A stretch of DNA of 63,119 bases, filler included, from Reticulomyxa filosa (lineage: Eukaryota; Protista; Foraminifera), in the NCBI GenBank assembly GCA_000512085.1. It is 17 parts of 17 records of this genome, joined end to end, with 100 filler letters (N's around TTAATTAATTAA, not from the genome) between each part and the next. Parts side by side here need not be neighbours in the genome. Positions count along the whole stretch, not along the records: positions 50,300 to 55,228 come from ASPP01019160.1; positions 55,329 to 57,030 come from ASPP01050439.1; positions 57,131 to 59,025 come from ASPP01005636.1; positions 59,126 to 60,474 come from ASPP01009683.1; positions 60,575 to 63,119 come from ASPP01002505.1; 12 more parts are not named here. One strand, 5' to 3'. Made by a program: the position numbers and the translations under genes. Positions within the stretch are counted from its first letter, which is position 1; every line of letters begins with the position of its first letter. The notes under the pieces were generated by a model that saw only the letters and a program-made list of their open reading frames with translations, was not told the DNA's origin and ran no database searches. Shown piece by piece: positions 50,976-62,513 of the stretch.

Positions 50976-52636
50976 TTATTTGTCGAATTTTCTCATCGCA
51001 TCTTTTCCCAGAAATTCCTGTCCAAATTCTCTTCCAATCAAATATCTTCGAATTTCACTTGTTCCCGCACCAATTTCATATAATTTGGCATCTCTTAAGA
51101 TCCTTCCAGTGGGATATTCATTCATGTACCCATTTCCTCCCAGACACTGGATTCCGTCCAATGCCATTTGTGTTGCATTTTCAGCGCAGTACAATATGAC
51201 ACCCGCACAATCTTTTCGCGAGGCATTTCCAGCATCAGCCGCTCTTGCCGAATTGTACAAAAAAGAGCGACATGCAGACAGCCGACAATACATATCAGCC
51301 AATTTGCCCTTTCAAAAAATCACAATCACATGCACCACAGCCAAACAAAACAAAGTTTTTTGTTTTTTTTTTTCCTTCTCCCCCTTCGGTTCTTCTCATG
51401 CAATTATCTCCAAAACTCAAAACAAGTAAAAAAAAACAACAACCAAACTTGCATTAATTCAAATGTCCCCACAGGTCTCTTGAATTGCTCTCTTTGAAAC
51501 ACGTAAGGAAAAGCCACATCAACAACGGCTTGCATCAGTCCCACAGGCCCTGCTGCCAAGACCAGCCGCTCATAATCCAAGCCACTCATCAAGACTTTGG
51601 CACCGCCATTGACTTTTCCCAACACATTTTCGGCGGGGACAAACACATTATCAAATATCAATTCGGCGGTATTGCTTCCACGCATGCCCAGTTTGTCCAG
51701 TTTCGTGCCGCTACTGAACCCCTTGAACTTTTTTTCCACGATGAACGCAGTTATTCCTTGGGCTTCTTTCTCGGGCTCTGTCTTCGCGTACACCACTATA
51801 ACATCCGCGTCAGGGCCATTGGTTATCCAAAATTTGTTACCATTTAATACATAACCACCGTCGGCCTTTGTCGCACGCAACTTCATGGACACCACATCGG
51901 AACCTATTCACACATATACATATATTTTCTCTTTTTTCTTTTTTAAGAAGGAGGGGGGGAGGGGATCTTACTAGTTGAATTTCCTCCCCCCCCCCCCCCC
52001 TCTTTCGACCTCTCCCTTTTCTCTATCCTCCATCTTTTGAGGTTCACTTTCTCTTACTATGCGAAACAGCGCAGTTTGGATATATAATTTAAAAAAAAAA
52101 CACACCTCCCACCTACCAGATCCTGTTTCAGACATTGCCAGGGCTCCAATGTATTCGCCGGTGATTAGCTTTTTCAAGTATTTTTCCTTTTGCGCATCGT
52201 TTCCATTCAAATTGATTTGGTTGACACACAAGTTCGAATGGGCGGCATAGGATAAGCCAATGGAACCACTCGCACGCGATATTTCTTCCATCGCCAAGCA
52301 ATGATAAAAATATCCTGCATCTAAACCTCCCCATTTTTCTCCTGCTGTCACGCCCAACAAACCCATTGACCCAAATTGCGGCCACAACTTGTTGGGAAAG
52401 GCGTTGTCTTGGTCCGCTTTTATCGCTAGTGGTGCAACTACTTCTGACGCAAATTTACGTACACCTTCTTTGAATTCTTTTTCACTCTCGCTCAAAAGCA
52501 TTGTACTGGAATCTGGCTGAAAGTGAAAACGCGAGCGAGACACATAACTTAAGCCTCCAATATTTTGGCTATATCGAAGGATTGAACATTTTTTGGGAGT
52601 AAAACAGCGCAGACTATGGCAGAGGATGCGTTTCAT
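50976..52636 (-). CDS. IVD: Isovaleryl-CoA dehydrogenase, mitochondrial, 3 exons
   Basis: [36 protein letters not shown]|[74 protein letters not shown]. Exons 52636-52117, 51903-51449 and 51308-50976. Confidence 0.97.
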
Positions 52637-53010
52637 TTCTGATAGTTCAGAATTTTCTAAACAATTACAGTGCCAGTTCAAACTTTTTTAGTTCCTGTAA
52701 AAGTAATTGTTTTCCTTGTACCTACCTGGACGTTGAACTTGAATAGTAGAAAAAGTCATAACGTTGCAGGTTAATAAGAAAGGTAACTTTATGCAGAAAG
52801 AAGCTAAAAGAAAATAAATAATTGTAATGTTGACAGAAAAACGCTAATGTAACTTTAAAGTCAATTACGACTGTTACTGTACACAGTTTTGTATAATTTT
52901 GTATTGATCAACAAATATAAGCTGTAATTTTGCTTTATTTCAGACTACCAAGTAACAGCAATTTTTCTATTGAAGTATATTTTTGTTTTTAAAACGTATG
53001 TACTTTGAAT

Positions 53011-53239
53011 TGTGGGACGTCTGCTGATAGTGTTGGTGGACTAACTGTAATACGAGATGTATTTACTTAAAAGAGAATATGAGTTTTCATAAAACGAAAG
53101 GAAATTAAATAATAAAACAAAATAACAAAATGAAAGTAAAAAAAAGTAAGAAAGAAGTAAGTTGTTGATGAAGTTTAACCTACTGGGGATTCCTCCGCTC
53201 CCTTGACGTTCAGTACTTATAATATGGACTTGCCATACA
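53011..53239. mobile_element. Solo-LTR-like element, copy 2 (229 bp), TGT...ACA ends, 4-bp TSD GAAT
   Basis: gaat|TGTGGGACG...GCCATACA|gaat. Colinear with 36910-37143. Confidence 0.9.
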
Positions 53240-55328
53240 GAATCGTAAATTAGCTTTGATCTTTGTGCTAATTCTAGTAAGTTCTTCAGTTTATTTTCAA
53301 AATTATTTTAAAATTCAATATATTTTTGTGTTAAATTTTTGTTTTGTTTAACAATACTAATTTGATGTAAGCTTGAAATGAAAATTTATTTCAATATATT
53401 AATTAATGTGGACTTATACCGTCATTATGTTTGGATTGATATTGTATGAAGTAATAATTGTTGTGATGAAAATATAGTAAAATTTTATATCATTGTCATA
53501 ATGTATATATACACATAATTTTGTTTCTGGTACTATACATTTAATGTCTTTTGATACATTATGAAAGTGTATTTTTGATATATGTTAGTAAATATTATAT
53601 AATTATATCATGTAATATTTATTTTCTTTTCAATATTGCCATCAATTGTGATTTTATATCATTTTCAATATATTAGTTATTTTCTTGTGTTTCATTAATT
53701 CAAAAAGTTAGTACTACTTTTTGTACTTGAATTATAGTCAATATTTAATTTATCACATTATACGATAAATAGTTTATTTTGTTTTAGCATGAATTGTCCT
53801 TTGTTAGTATGGATGCTATACTTATGTTGATTAAATGCCAGAAAAGGCAATTTCAGTGTCAATTTCGCACAATGTAAAAATAATTATTATTTGTGCATCA
53901 AACATTGTGATTGAACGAAGTGACAATAATATTATGATATATATTAACATGAACTCATTTCTACCGTACAATGCAAGTATCACAGCATTTTGTAATAAGA
54001 CTGTATATTCTTCCAAAGTCTGTTGAATGACATAACGTTCGATCGTGACACTAACATATTCGGATATAAAAGTGATATATAATATAATTACTGTTATTGA
54101 ATCTTCAAATAAACGACATTGACACTTGACAAGATCACTTGTCATTTTTATATAATTCATGATTATAGAATATCCATAAGTATTTTAAAGATCATGAATA
54201 AATTGCTAATTTATTGTATACGTCAACTTGCTAAAATCAATTTGCAACAGCTAATCATAAATATCAGTTTAAAGTCATCATATCGAACAAACAATTCGTT
54301 CACAAAGTCAGCATCATTAGCAAAGTTCTAACTCTATAGACTTTCAAATAAAGTCTAACAATATTTGTATATTGGACCAACGTAGTTGTCTCAATAATTT
54401 CCGCTCCAATATTGCAAATTGTGCAAATACTATTTATGATATAGACTGCGGGCAATCACCAAAGTACTTCTAATATTAAATGTGTCTATACTAACTATAA
54501 GCAAATTAGACACTTTCAAGATCATATATTTTGCCGAACAACTTGCTTAGCTTGACTGTAATTCTACGCTTACTTTGTGTGCATTCAACTAACAATGCAT
54601 AACAATCATTGCGTTCACTGCATCGGCACCTCGATCAAATGGTGTACATTCAAAATTTTCATTCGTTTATCGTGTAACTGTATATATAGATAGTCAGTCA
54701 TAATTGAAACGAGTTCAAACATAATTTGGTGGATGATCAATTTTAAAGCTTACATAAACATATACAGTATTGCTCGCTGATGTCGCCAAAAAAGTTAGCA
54801 CTTTTACATGTATTTTGATTATGCTTCAATGTCAGCTTTCGCTCATTTGCTTGGATCAGGTAGTTGTAGTGGATGGTCGTTTGCAGATCTCTTGGCATAA
54901 ATTGAGATACTGCCATTTATGCTTTTGCATTTTATATTTCTAATCGGTCTGAACGCAACTTCAAATCACTCTTGCCTCGCAATATATCGCCGGTCACTGA
55001 TTGGTCGTCCAAATGAATGTATATAATCTTCTATGCTGCTAGTCGACGTACGCTTTCTTCACATATAGCATGCCAACTTGTCACGATGCTCTTTTACGCG
55101 AACATATCTTCGCTTCAGAAGACCAGCTCGAAGTCATAATTTTAACATGCTTAGATCAAAACAGAACTAGTTGTTTTTTTTAAGACTCGATACCCTAAAC
55201 AGTTAGTTCAACGTGTAAAGTAGTCTACNNNNNNNNNNNNNNNNNNNNNNNNNNNNNNNNNNNNNNNNNNNNTTAATTAATTAANNNNNNNNNNNNNNNN
55301 NNNNNNNNNNNNNNNNNNNNNNNNNNNN

Positions 55329-55479
55329 TTAATAAAAAACCAAAATGATATTTGAAAACTACACGATTTGTATGTATTTTTAAAAAATTAGGTACTGATG
55401 TCGTTTTTTCATGAAGAAAATCAATCATCTATATAAGGTACTGTTTTATTTATCAACTTTATTTTGCATTTTACTGTAT
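55329..55479 (-). repeat. Interspersed AT-rich repeat family B
   Basis: Reverse-complement match to 20013-20163. Confidence 0.85.
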
Positions 55480-56265
55480 CTCACAATAATAAGAAATGAA
55501 AAACAGATTTGAATTTATTCTAAATTGCTGCTTTCACAAAAACTTTAAAATGTGCTAAATGAAAACTGTCAAATAAACAATCAATTCAAAACAAAGCAAT
55601 GAAACAAAAATGTTTAAATTACTTTGTAATTGATAATATTCAGTATTTGCAAGTCATAAATGACAAATTATTAATTCATCTGGCCTTTCTTGGTATTTTC
55701 TGGCCTTGTGAACAGTCACTAACAATTCGTGTTCCGTAAATACAATAAAAATTTTCTTCTTTTTATTTTTTCTGGACTGCTGTCTTTTCTTTCCTGGGCC
55801 GCTTCTACGATATATTTTCGTCAATAATGTCGATATTTTCGATATGCTTATCATGTAATAGAGGTTGTTCGGAGATATATATCACCATTTATCTCGAAAT
55901 ACAAATTGATCACTTGTTTGAGTTTGATCTTAATAGTGAGAGTTGCTTTGATTTTTTTTTAAATGAATTCACTAAATTCGAATTAGTTAATATGATATTT
56001 CCTCCAACTTTAACTTTATATAGTACTTTCATTTTAGATATTGCTATGTTTCTGGAAATTTTTCAAGTACACTTAAATAAACAAAAATTCTACTGAAAAA
56101 TTTACTTTTTTCTTTTTATTGAAATTAATCGAAAACTATGTTATGACATCACAAAAAAAAAAAATTCACGAAAATCACGATTTTTAAAAATTTATATGAA
56201 ATAAACGAGTCTTATGAAATTGATCACAAAATTGTCTTCAAGAAAAAAAAAAGAAAGTAATATCA

Positions 56266-57030
56266 TCAAGTGTATGTCTTGGAAAATCTTGCTCGGTATG
56301 CATCAACAAGTGCATTACCTTTTGATCCACCAGTATCTCTGAGTACTTCCTCAGAAACTAAGTCTGTCAGCAAATCCGAACCTTTCACGGAATTGATATC
56401 CAAGGCTTCGCATCGACCATCCGTAACTGTAGCTATTTCATTAAAATTTTGTCTTGCTTGCGCATTCACAAAAAAGGCATGTACACGAATGCCACGTTGT
56501 CTTAAAAGCAACAATTCCTCCTCATAGTACGTCGGTTTAGAGAACAATTTTGTGCTTTTCCAATAATCTTCTCCGCTGCTATAAAATCCAACCATTTGTC
56601 TTATTGTCGACCCAGCACGCGGCCTGAAGGAACAATCTCTTCTCCTTGTTATTACTTCTTCTTTTGTATTTGCTGGTGCGTCTCCAATCAAGATGACTTG
56701 TGAAACCCCCTCTGTTTCGCACTCTCTGTTGACATGAGCTAATCCAATTTCAATCGCTTCATTGCCCCATCCATAATCTGCTACCACGCTTTCCATAAAA
56801 CTTCGTAGATTCTCAGGTTTTGATTCCCAAGGGGAAACTTGTAAAATCATATCTTCAGGTGCATTATAATTTCGGTAAACCACAAACTTCATTTCAAAAC
56901 TATCGGGAGAAAGTGCATTTTCCTTCAAAATAATAGCAATACGTTCAAACATAGTGCTTACTGTGTTTTTTGCTTTTTGTAACAGATGGGACATGGAGCC
57001 AGTTGCATCCATAAGCACTACTGTACGTGA
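56266..57030 (-). CDS. von Willebrand factor A domain protein, 5'-truncated
   Basis: MIDAS-like VLMDATGSM, VYRNY, GWGNEAIEIGL, VILIGDAP. Confidence 0.85.
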   Translation of the reverse strand, partial: SRTVVLMDATGSMSHLLQKAKNTVSTMFERIAIILKENALSPDSFEMKFVVYRNYNAPEDMILQVSPWESKPENLRSFMESVVADYGWGNEAIEIGLAHVNRECETEGVSQVILIGDAPANTKEEVITRRRDCSFRPRAGSTIRQMVGFYSSGEDYWKSTKLFSKPTYYEEELLLLRQRGIRVHAFFVNAQARQNFNEIATVTDGRCEALDINSVKGSDLLTDLVSEEVLRDTGGSKGNALVDAYRARFSKTYT

Positions 57031-57130
57031 NNNNNNNNNNNNNNNNNNNNNNNNNNNNNNNNNNNNNNNNNNNNTTAATTAATTAANNNNNNNNNNNNNN
57101 NNNNNNNNNNNNNNNNNNNNNNNNNNNNNN

Positions 57131-58282
57131 TACTACTACTTCTGCTGGTGCTACAGCAGCAGCAGCAGCAGCAGCAGCGACGACAACAAGCAACAGTGGC
57201 AATTTCACAGACATGTTTCAAGCGTTACAACGCAGTGTGTCGATGGTAAGTAATTTGAGTACACCAAATTCGACATCGGCAGCGGCGGCAGCAGCAGCAG
57301 CAGCAGCAGGGGCGTCGACATCAGCGTCTCTTCCAATGTTGAACCGGAGTGGATCCATTCCTTCGGACGCGGGTTTGTTTATGCCCTCGTTATTGCCGTT
57401 GATGAGCAGCGTGAGTTGGGGATTCGACCCCAGTCCCACCGGCAACCCTTCCAATTTGGCCTTTCCCACCACCGCCACCACCACTACTACTGCTACTACT
57501 ACTACTACTACTACTGCTACGGACTCAGCCGCGATGAACACGCCAATGTGGAACAACATGTCCATGTCTATGCAAATGCCAATATCCATGCCCATGCCTA
57601 TGCCCATGCCCATGCCCATGCCCATGTCCATGACCATGGACAATGTTAACGCCTTTTCCGCATTTCATTCCATGTGGCCCAATATGGGTCTGTCTGCTGC
57701 TGACACAGACCCTTCCTCTGGTGTTGGTGTCTCTGCCATTGCCATTGGCGTTGGTGTTGCTAAGAGCGATGCAAGCGTATTGGAAGACAGCCACGGTGCA
57801 ATAGATACCAAAAAAGATAAAGACAAAGATAAAGATATCATCAGTCCGACAGGGGGCCTTGCCAATGATCCCAACGTCGCTGTCCACGTCTCCACGCTAA
57901 CAAGTTCTTCAGCCTTTCCGTCGGCGACCTCATCATTTGTCTTCCCGCATTATACTGCCACCTCCACCACTACTCCTGCTACTGCTGCTACTGCTGGTGG
58001 TGTCTCCTCCATAACACCCGCGACCTCCACACTAGTCGCCGGGGTTACGACAACTACTCCTTCTGCGACAACAGCGGCAGGAGCAAAAGCTACAAGCACA
58101 GCGTCTGGAGAAGGAGAAGGGGAACGCGATGAAGAAGGGGCACGCGCTGCATTCAACAACGCCATGACTGTCGACGGATTCAATATGTTAGGGACATCCA
58201 CAGACCCTACCTCGTTCAATCCTGCACTCGGACCCATGTCTGCCAACTTTTCAGGTATATTCATTTATTGAAATATATATAC

Positions 58283-58314
<32 letters not shown>

Positions 58315-59006
58315 GTATATACATGTTGCAAGTGTGATTGTTAAAATTAGAACCGTGGGGCTATCTTTGGAACAACAACTTAATGACAATGGCGGGAATG
58401 AGCGGCGGTGGTGTTGGCGCGAGCGCCAGTAACATGAGTTTGAATATGGACTATGGCGGCGACGAGTTCATGCCGATGATGTATGGCAACTACAATCCGC
58501 CAGGTTCGTCGTATCCGTGCAATCCATTCATCCAAGCGCATGAGTATCCGTATGACACCACCAAACCATTTGGATTACACTCTTCCCCGTTTGGTGACTC
58601 GTTTGGCGCGAATACGCCAGATATGCTAATGGCAACAGCAGCAACGACGACAACAGCGACAATGCCCGTGGAAGGCACCACAGTGATGCATGGCCATGGC
58701 AATCACAACAATCACAACAACAACAACAACAACAACGCTGATCCATTTGGATCGTCTTTGACAAACAAATCGGCCATGTCCAATTTGAATGTCGGCGACA
58801 AGGTCTACTACGGCAAAGAGCACGGAACGATTGTGTCTTTAGACTGGAACCGCACCCCTCCGCAAGCCGAAGTCAGAATGCACACCTCCAACTTTACCAT
58901 GAAAATACCAATGTCCAGACTGACCTTACAACAAGATTCGCCGCCACTCTCTCACAAACGGTCGTCCTCTTCCAAAGACTCTCGCTCTCATTCAGACAAG
59001 TTTTGA
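57131..59006 (+). CDS. Low-complexity (poly-A/T/MP/N) protein, 3' part, with a possible C-terminal SH3/Tudor-like module
   Basis: Two long GC-richer open exons joined by a TA-rich intron (about 58255-58350). LNVGDKVYYGKEHGTIV lies near the end. Confidence 0.6.
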
Positions 59007-59193
59007 TTGTATATACATGTATACANNNNNNNNNNNNNNNNNNNNNNNNNNNNNNNNNNNNNNNNNNNNTTAATTAATTAANNNNNNNNNNNNNNNNNNN
59101 NNNNNNNNNNNNNNNNNNNNNNNNNTTTTTTTTTAAAATTATCAAAAAAGTCTACTTTACAACTACTTCAAAAAAAAAAAAAAAAAGATCAAC

Positions 59194-59769
59194 TTTTCTG
59201 CCGATGGCATTTGCCTTCCATTCGCTGTAAATGCCACTTGGCGTGGTTTGATAGAGCTGAACAGTTTTTCCATCGACGTTCCATCCACCGATGAGTGTGG
59301 ACAGCCCAAAAGGCCTTCGTCCACCTCGCACTGTGTATTGCTGTTGCAATTCCGCTATATACGATGCTATGGAATGCACTGGTGGCGCGTCCTCGATTGT
59401 CAAACGATAGCTTTGGCATTGCACACGCGCGCGATTTATTAACACACGGGCGTCTGCCGTCAAGCCTGCGCATACTGCCACCAAGTGATCATCTACCACT
59501 GTTTACATCCATCAATCATATGCTCGAGTTTTATTCATCACTTCAAACAAACAAACAAACAAACAAAATAAATCACCCAATATTTTGCGAAGGTTTGATC
59601 TTTTTTGCAATTTTGCAGGACTTCGGTTCTCTGCTGCAAATATGATTGCGTCTTTTGTTCGAATGGCCAGTGCTGCTGCACCTTGCTTCACTGCCTCCAT
59701 TGCATATTCTACTTGAAATAAGTGTCCATCAGGTGAAAACACTGTAATTGCACGATCGTATCCGGACAT
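59194..59769 (-). CDS. PSMA7: Proteasome subunit alpha type-7 (alpha4), 3'-truncated
   Basis: [27 protein letters not shown]; [27 protein letters not shown]; [15 protein letters not shown]; [15 protein letters not shown]. Confidence 0.96.
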
Positions 59770-60288
59770 GATTGTGCTTGATGAAATGGAATATCAACTC
59801 TTGCTAAAAAAAAAATAAAATGGTTTGCCCCTCGAAACTGTTTGCGTTTTGTGGTGAGTGTGCCTGTTCTAAACGTTTGTGGAATACTATCAAAGCTTTC
59901 TTTTGTGTTAGATTTAGGTTAAATATCCATTCATTTATTTATTTTATAAATAGAGGGACCGCGCTTGGGTCGCACAACATTTATCCGCTTGATTGCGTTT
60001 ATGTTATTTGCTGATTATCGAAAAACCATCAATTCATATTTTAATACAAGAACTTACAAATCCTAAAGTTGCAAGGAGGAGGAAGAGGGAAGGGATGAAT
60101 AAATGAGCCACTCGATTTTCATTTATGTATTTATTTCATGGCAGGGAAACAATATTTTGAAACATCCAAAATTTTGATTGATCATCAAAAGAGGTTTACA
60201 AACCCCTACAAAAGATTATTAGAAAAAAAAGAACCAATCCATGCATGGACAATAGCAAATTTTCCTTAAGGAAACTATTCCTACTCAT

Positions 60289-60373
60289 TCAACAACAGCC
60301 TTTGTCCTGGGGGTTTTTACCAGGAGAAACTGAAATACCTTGATTGGCTGTTTTCACAGCACCGCTGTTTTCT
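60289..60373 (-). CDS. Last exon of a probable Rab GTPase (C-terminal CC prenylation motif)
   Basis: After the acceptor aacag the frame reads ENSGAVKTANQGISVSPGKNPQDKGCC*. It is not in the ORF track. The rest of the gene lies beyond the contig end. Confidence 0.6.
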
Positions 60374-60973
60374 CTGTTCAATTTCCCCCACACATACACA
60401 ACAACTTATTTTTTTAAATATCCTTTTTTTTTTTTCAAAAAAAAAAAAAAAAAAAGGGGGGGGGGGGGGGGGGGNNNNNNNNNNNNNNNNNNNNNNNNNN
60501 NNNNNNNNNNNNNNNNNNTTAATTAATTAANNNNNNNNNNNNNNNNNNNNNNNNNNNNNNNNNNNNNNNNNNNNTTGACACTTACAACCAATCTCTTTCA
60601 AAATAGTCAATATTAATGATGAAGTGGGTAAATATTAATTTTTTTTTTTTCGGTCAATTGGTTTGATTTATATTATCATTGATTTGGCAATGATAATAAT
60701 GAATCGCCAGTCGATTTACCAATCGACTTTGTCCTTAAGAATGTGAATTGATATTTTTACTTGTTATTCAGTACTACTTGTGTTTGATGCAATAATTGTT
60801 TGTCATTCAACTGCCACATTAATCTCTTTGTGATGATTATTTCCATCAATTTATCAACACTTGATAACATGTAATCGGTCTATGAATAGACACAATGTTT
60901 TCCATGCAATATGCATATATCCCATTCGGAAACTCCATACAAATAGGAATACCAATGATTGTGAATGTTATCA

Positions 60974-61579
60974 GGACCTTGAGCTTTGTATGGAGACAAA
61001 TGTCTCATAGCATCAATAACTTCTTCTTTTGTGATAATTGTTTAGATATTGCCACTTTAAATCTGATATTTCATAATGTTTTTCAGCAACATCTTTTGGA
61101 GGCTGATGAGGTTCTGCAAATGTCTTTGCCAATAGATATGCAATATCTGATCTTGCAACTGAAGTTGTCTTCTTGTTCACCATATTTTATTGGTATTTAA
61201 TGCAAATTTCGATAGCAGAATAATAACTATTTCTTTTGACCAGGACATGAAATTTCCATCAATACGATTCATTACCAAATACATTGACTGTATCAGTTAT
61301 GTTATTGACATAACTGACTTAAACTTTACTAATTTACCATTGAGATTTCATCGGCATCAGATTTCCTGTTCGATCTTTATTATTTTTTCTTTCTATTGGT
61401 CCTCTTCTTTGGTCTCTGAGGTCCATTTTTGATTTCATTTCCATTTGGCATCAGTATAAAATTTTCTTTTTAATAAATTGCTTATGTGCAAGTATTACTT
61501 TGACTTAATACGTCCAATGGATCCATTCTGTAGGTTGTTAGATTTGATACTTTTCTATACATTTCTACTTCTTTGGGAC
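60974..61579 (-). repeat. Left arm of a 606-bp (or longer) inverted repeat
   Basis: Reverse complement of 62514-63119. The mirrored ORFs 61190-61432(+) and 62661-62903(-) translate identically. Confidence 0.95.
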
Positions 61580-62513
61580 CTGCAAGAAATATCAAAGAAA
61601 TATAAAGCAGGAACTAAGAAGAACATGGATGACGAAAAAGCAGAAAGTACATTTGAATATACGGATAAGGAAGTAAAAGAAGCATGCAGAGAATACTGGA
61701 AAGAGAATGCAGATGAGATACAAAATGATTTTGAATTAGAAGACTAAAGTTTACACTAGACGAAATTGAGCTAGAAAGAAAACTAGTGCCAAGATACGGA
61801 AAGAACAGAAGAGAAAGGTTGTTTGAACCAATGGACAAAGAACTAAAAGGAAAAGAAAAATAATGAAGAATGTATCAAGAACATATAAATAGGAGCAAAA
61901 TACTACATAAAAACAATGAAAAGTGAAAATGTACCAGAAGCAAAACTATATGTAACATCAGCGGGTTTTTTAATAGAAAAGAACAATAATGACTGGATAA
62001 ACATAGAAGACACGATTTACTTCAAAACAACAGAATAAGAAACAGATACTTACAATAGGAATGATTAGCAAATACATACGATGAAAAAATGGAAGTAATC
62101 TATAAGGATACTATATCATAGAAGTATATGGTTGTCAAGTGAAAAATCCAACAAGAGAAGACATGCGAAAATGCGGATTAGAGATAATTATTTTTTCCAT
62201 AATTATTACTGCAACACTTTTAAGTATCAATAATGAACAACATTCCATATCAATTGCTTATTGTTATTATATACATTTCTATAAAAGATATATAAGGTGG
62301 ATATTGACCTTACGGAAGAAGGAAGAAGAAGAAAGAGAGATTATTGACGTTACTCTAAGCGGAGATATGAGCCAATTATGGGCAAAAGTAGAATTAAGTG
62401 ATGAAATGAAGATATCAAAAAAAAATCAACGCAATAATGAATGTTGAACTATATGAAATGGTGATAGCTACAGAAGTTAAAAGATGGAAAGAGTATGTAT
62501 GGTTAGGCAAGAC

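Noticed and set aside
54990-55045. SIEDYIHSFGR on the - strand resembling DEAD-box motif VI
   Set aside because: The key Arg residues are missing and no other helicase motif is nearby, so it is likely chance.
1827-58823. Numerous antisense or overlapping ORFs (for example 1827-2132, 2597-2932, 22734-23219, 32359-32925, 50842-51429, 57218-57643)
   Set aside because: They are shadow frames of real genes or of microsatellites and have no independent motifs.
1357-60530. Regularly recurring TTAATTAATTAA as a repeat array, CRISPR or biological boundary
   Set aside because: It is always centred in 44+44 N and gives six-frame stops, so it is a concatenation linker. ORFs containing X are artefacts.
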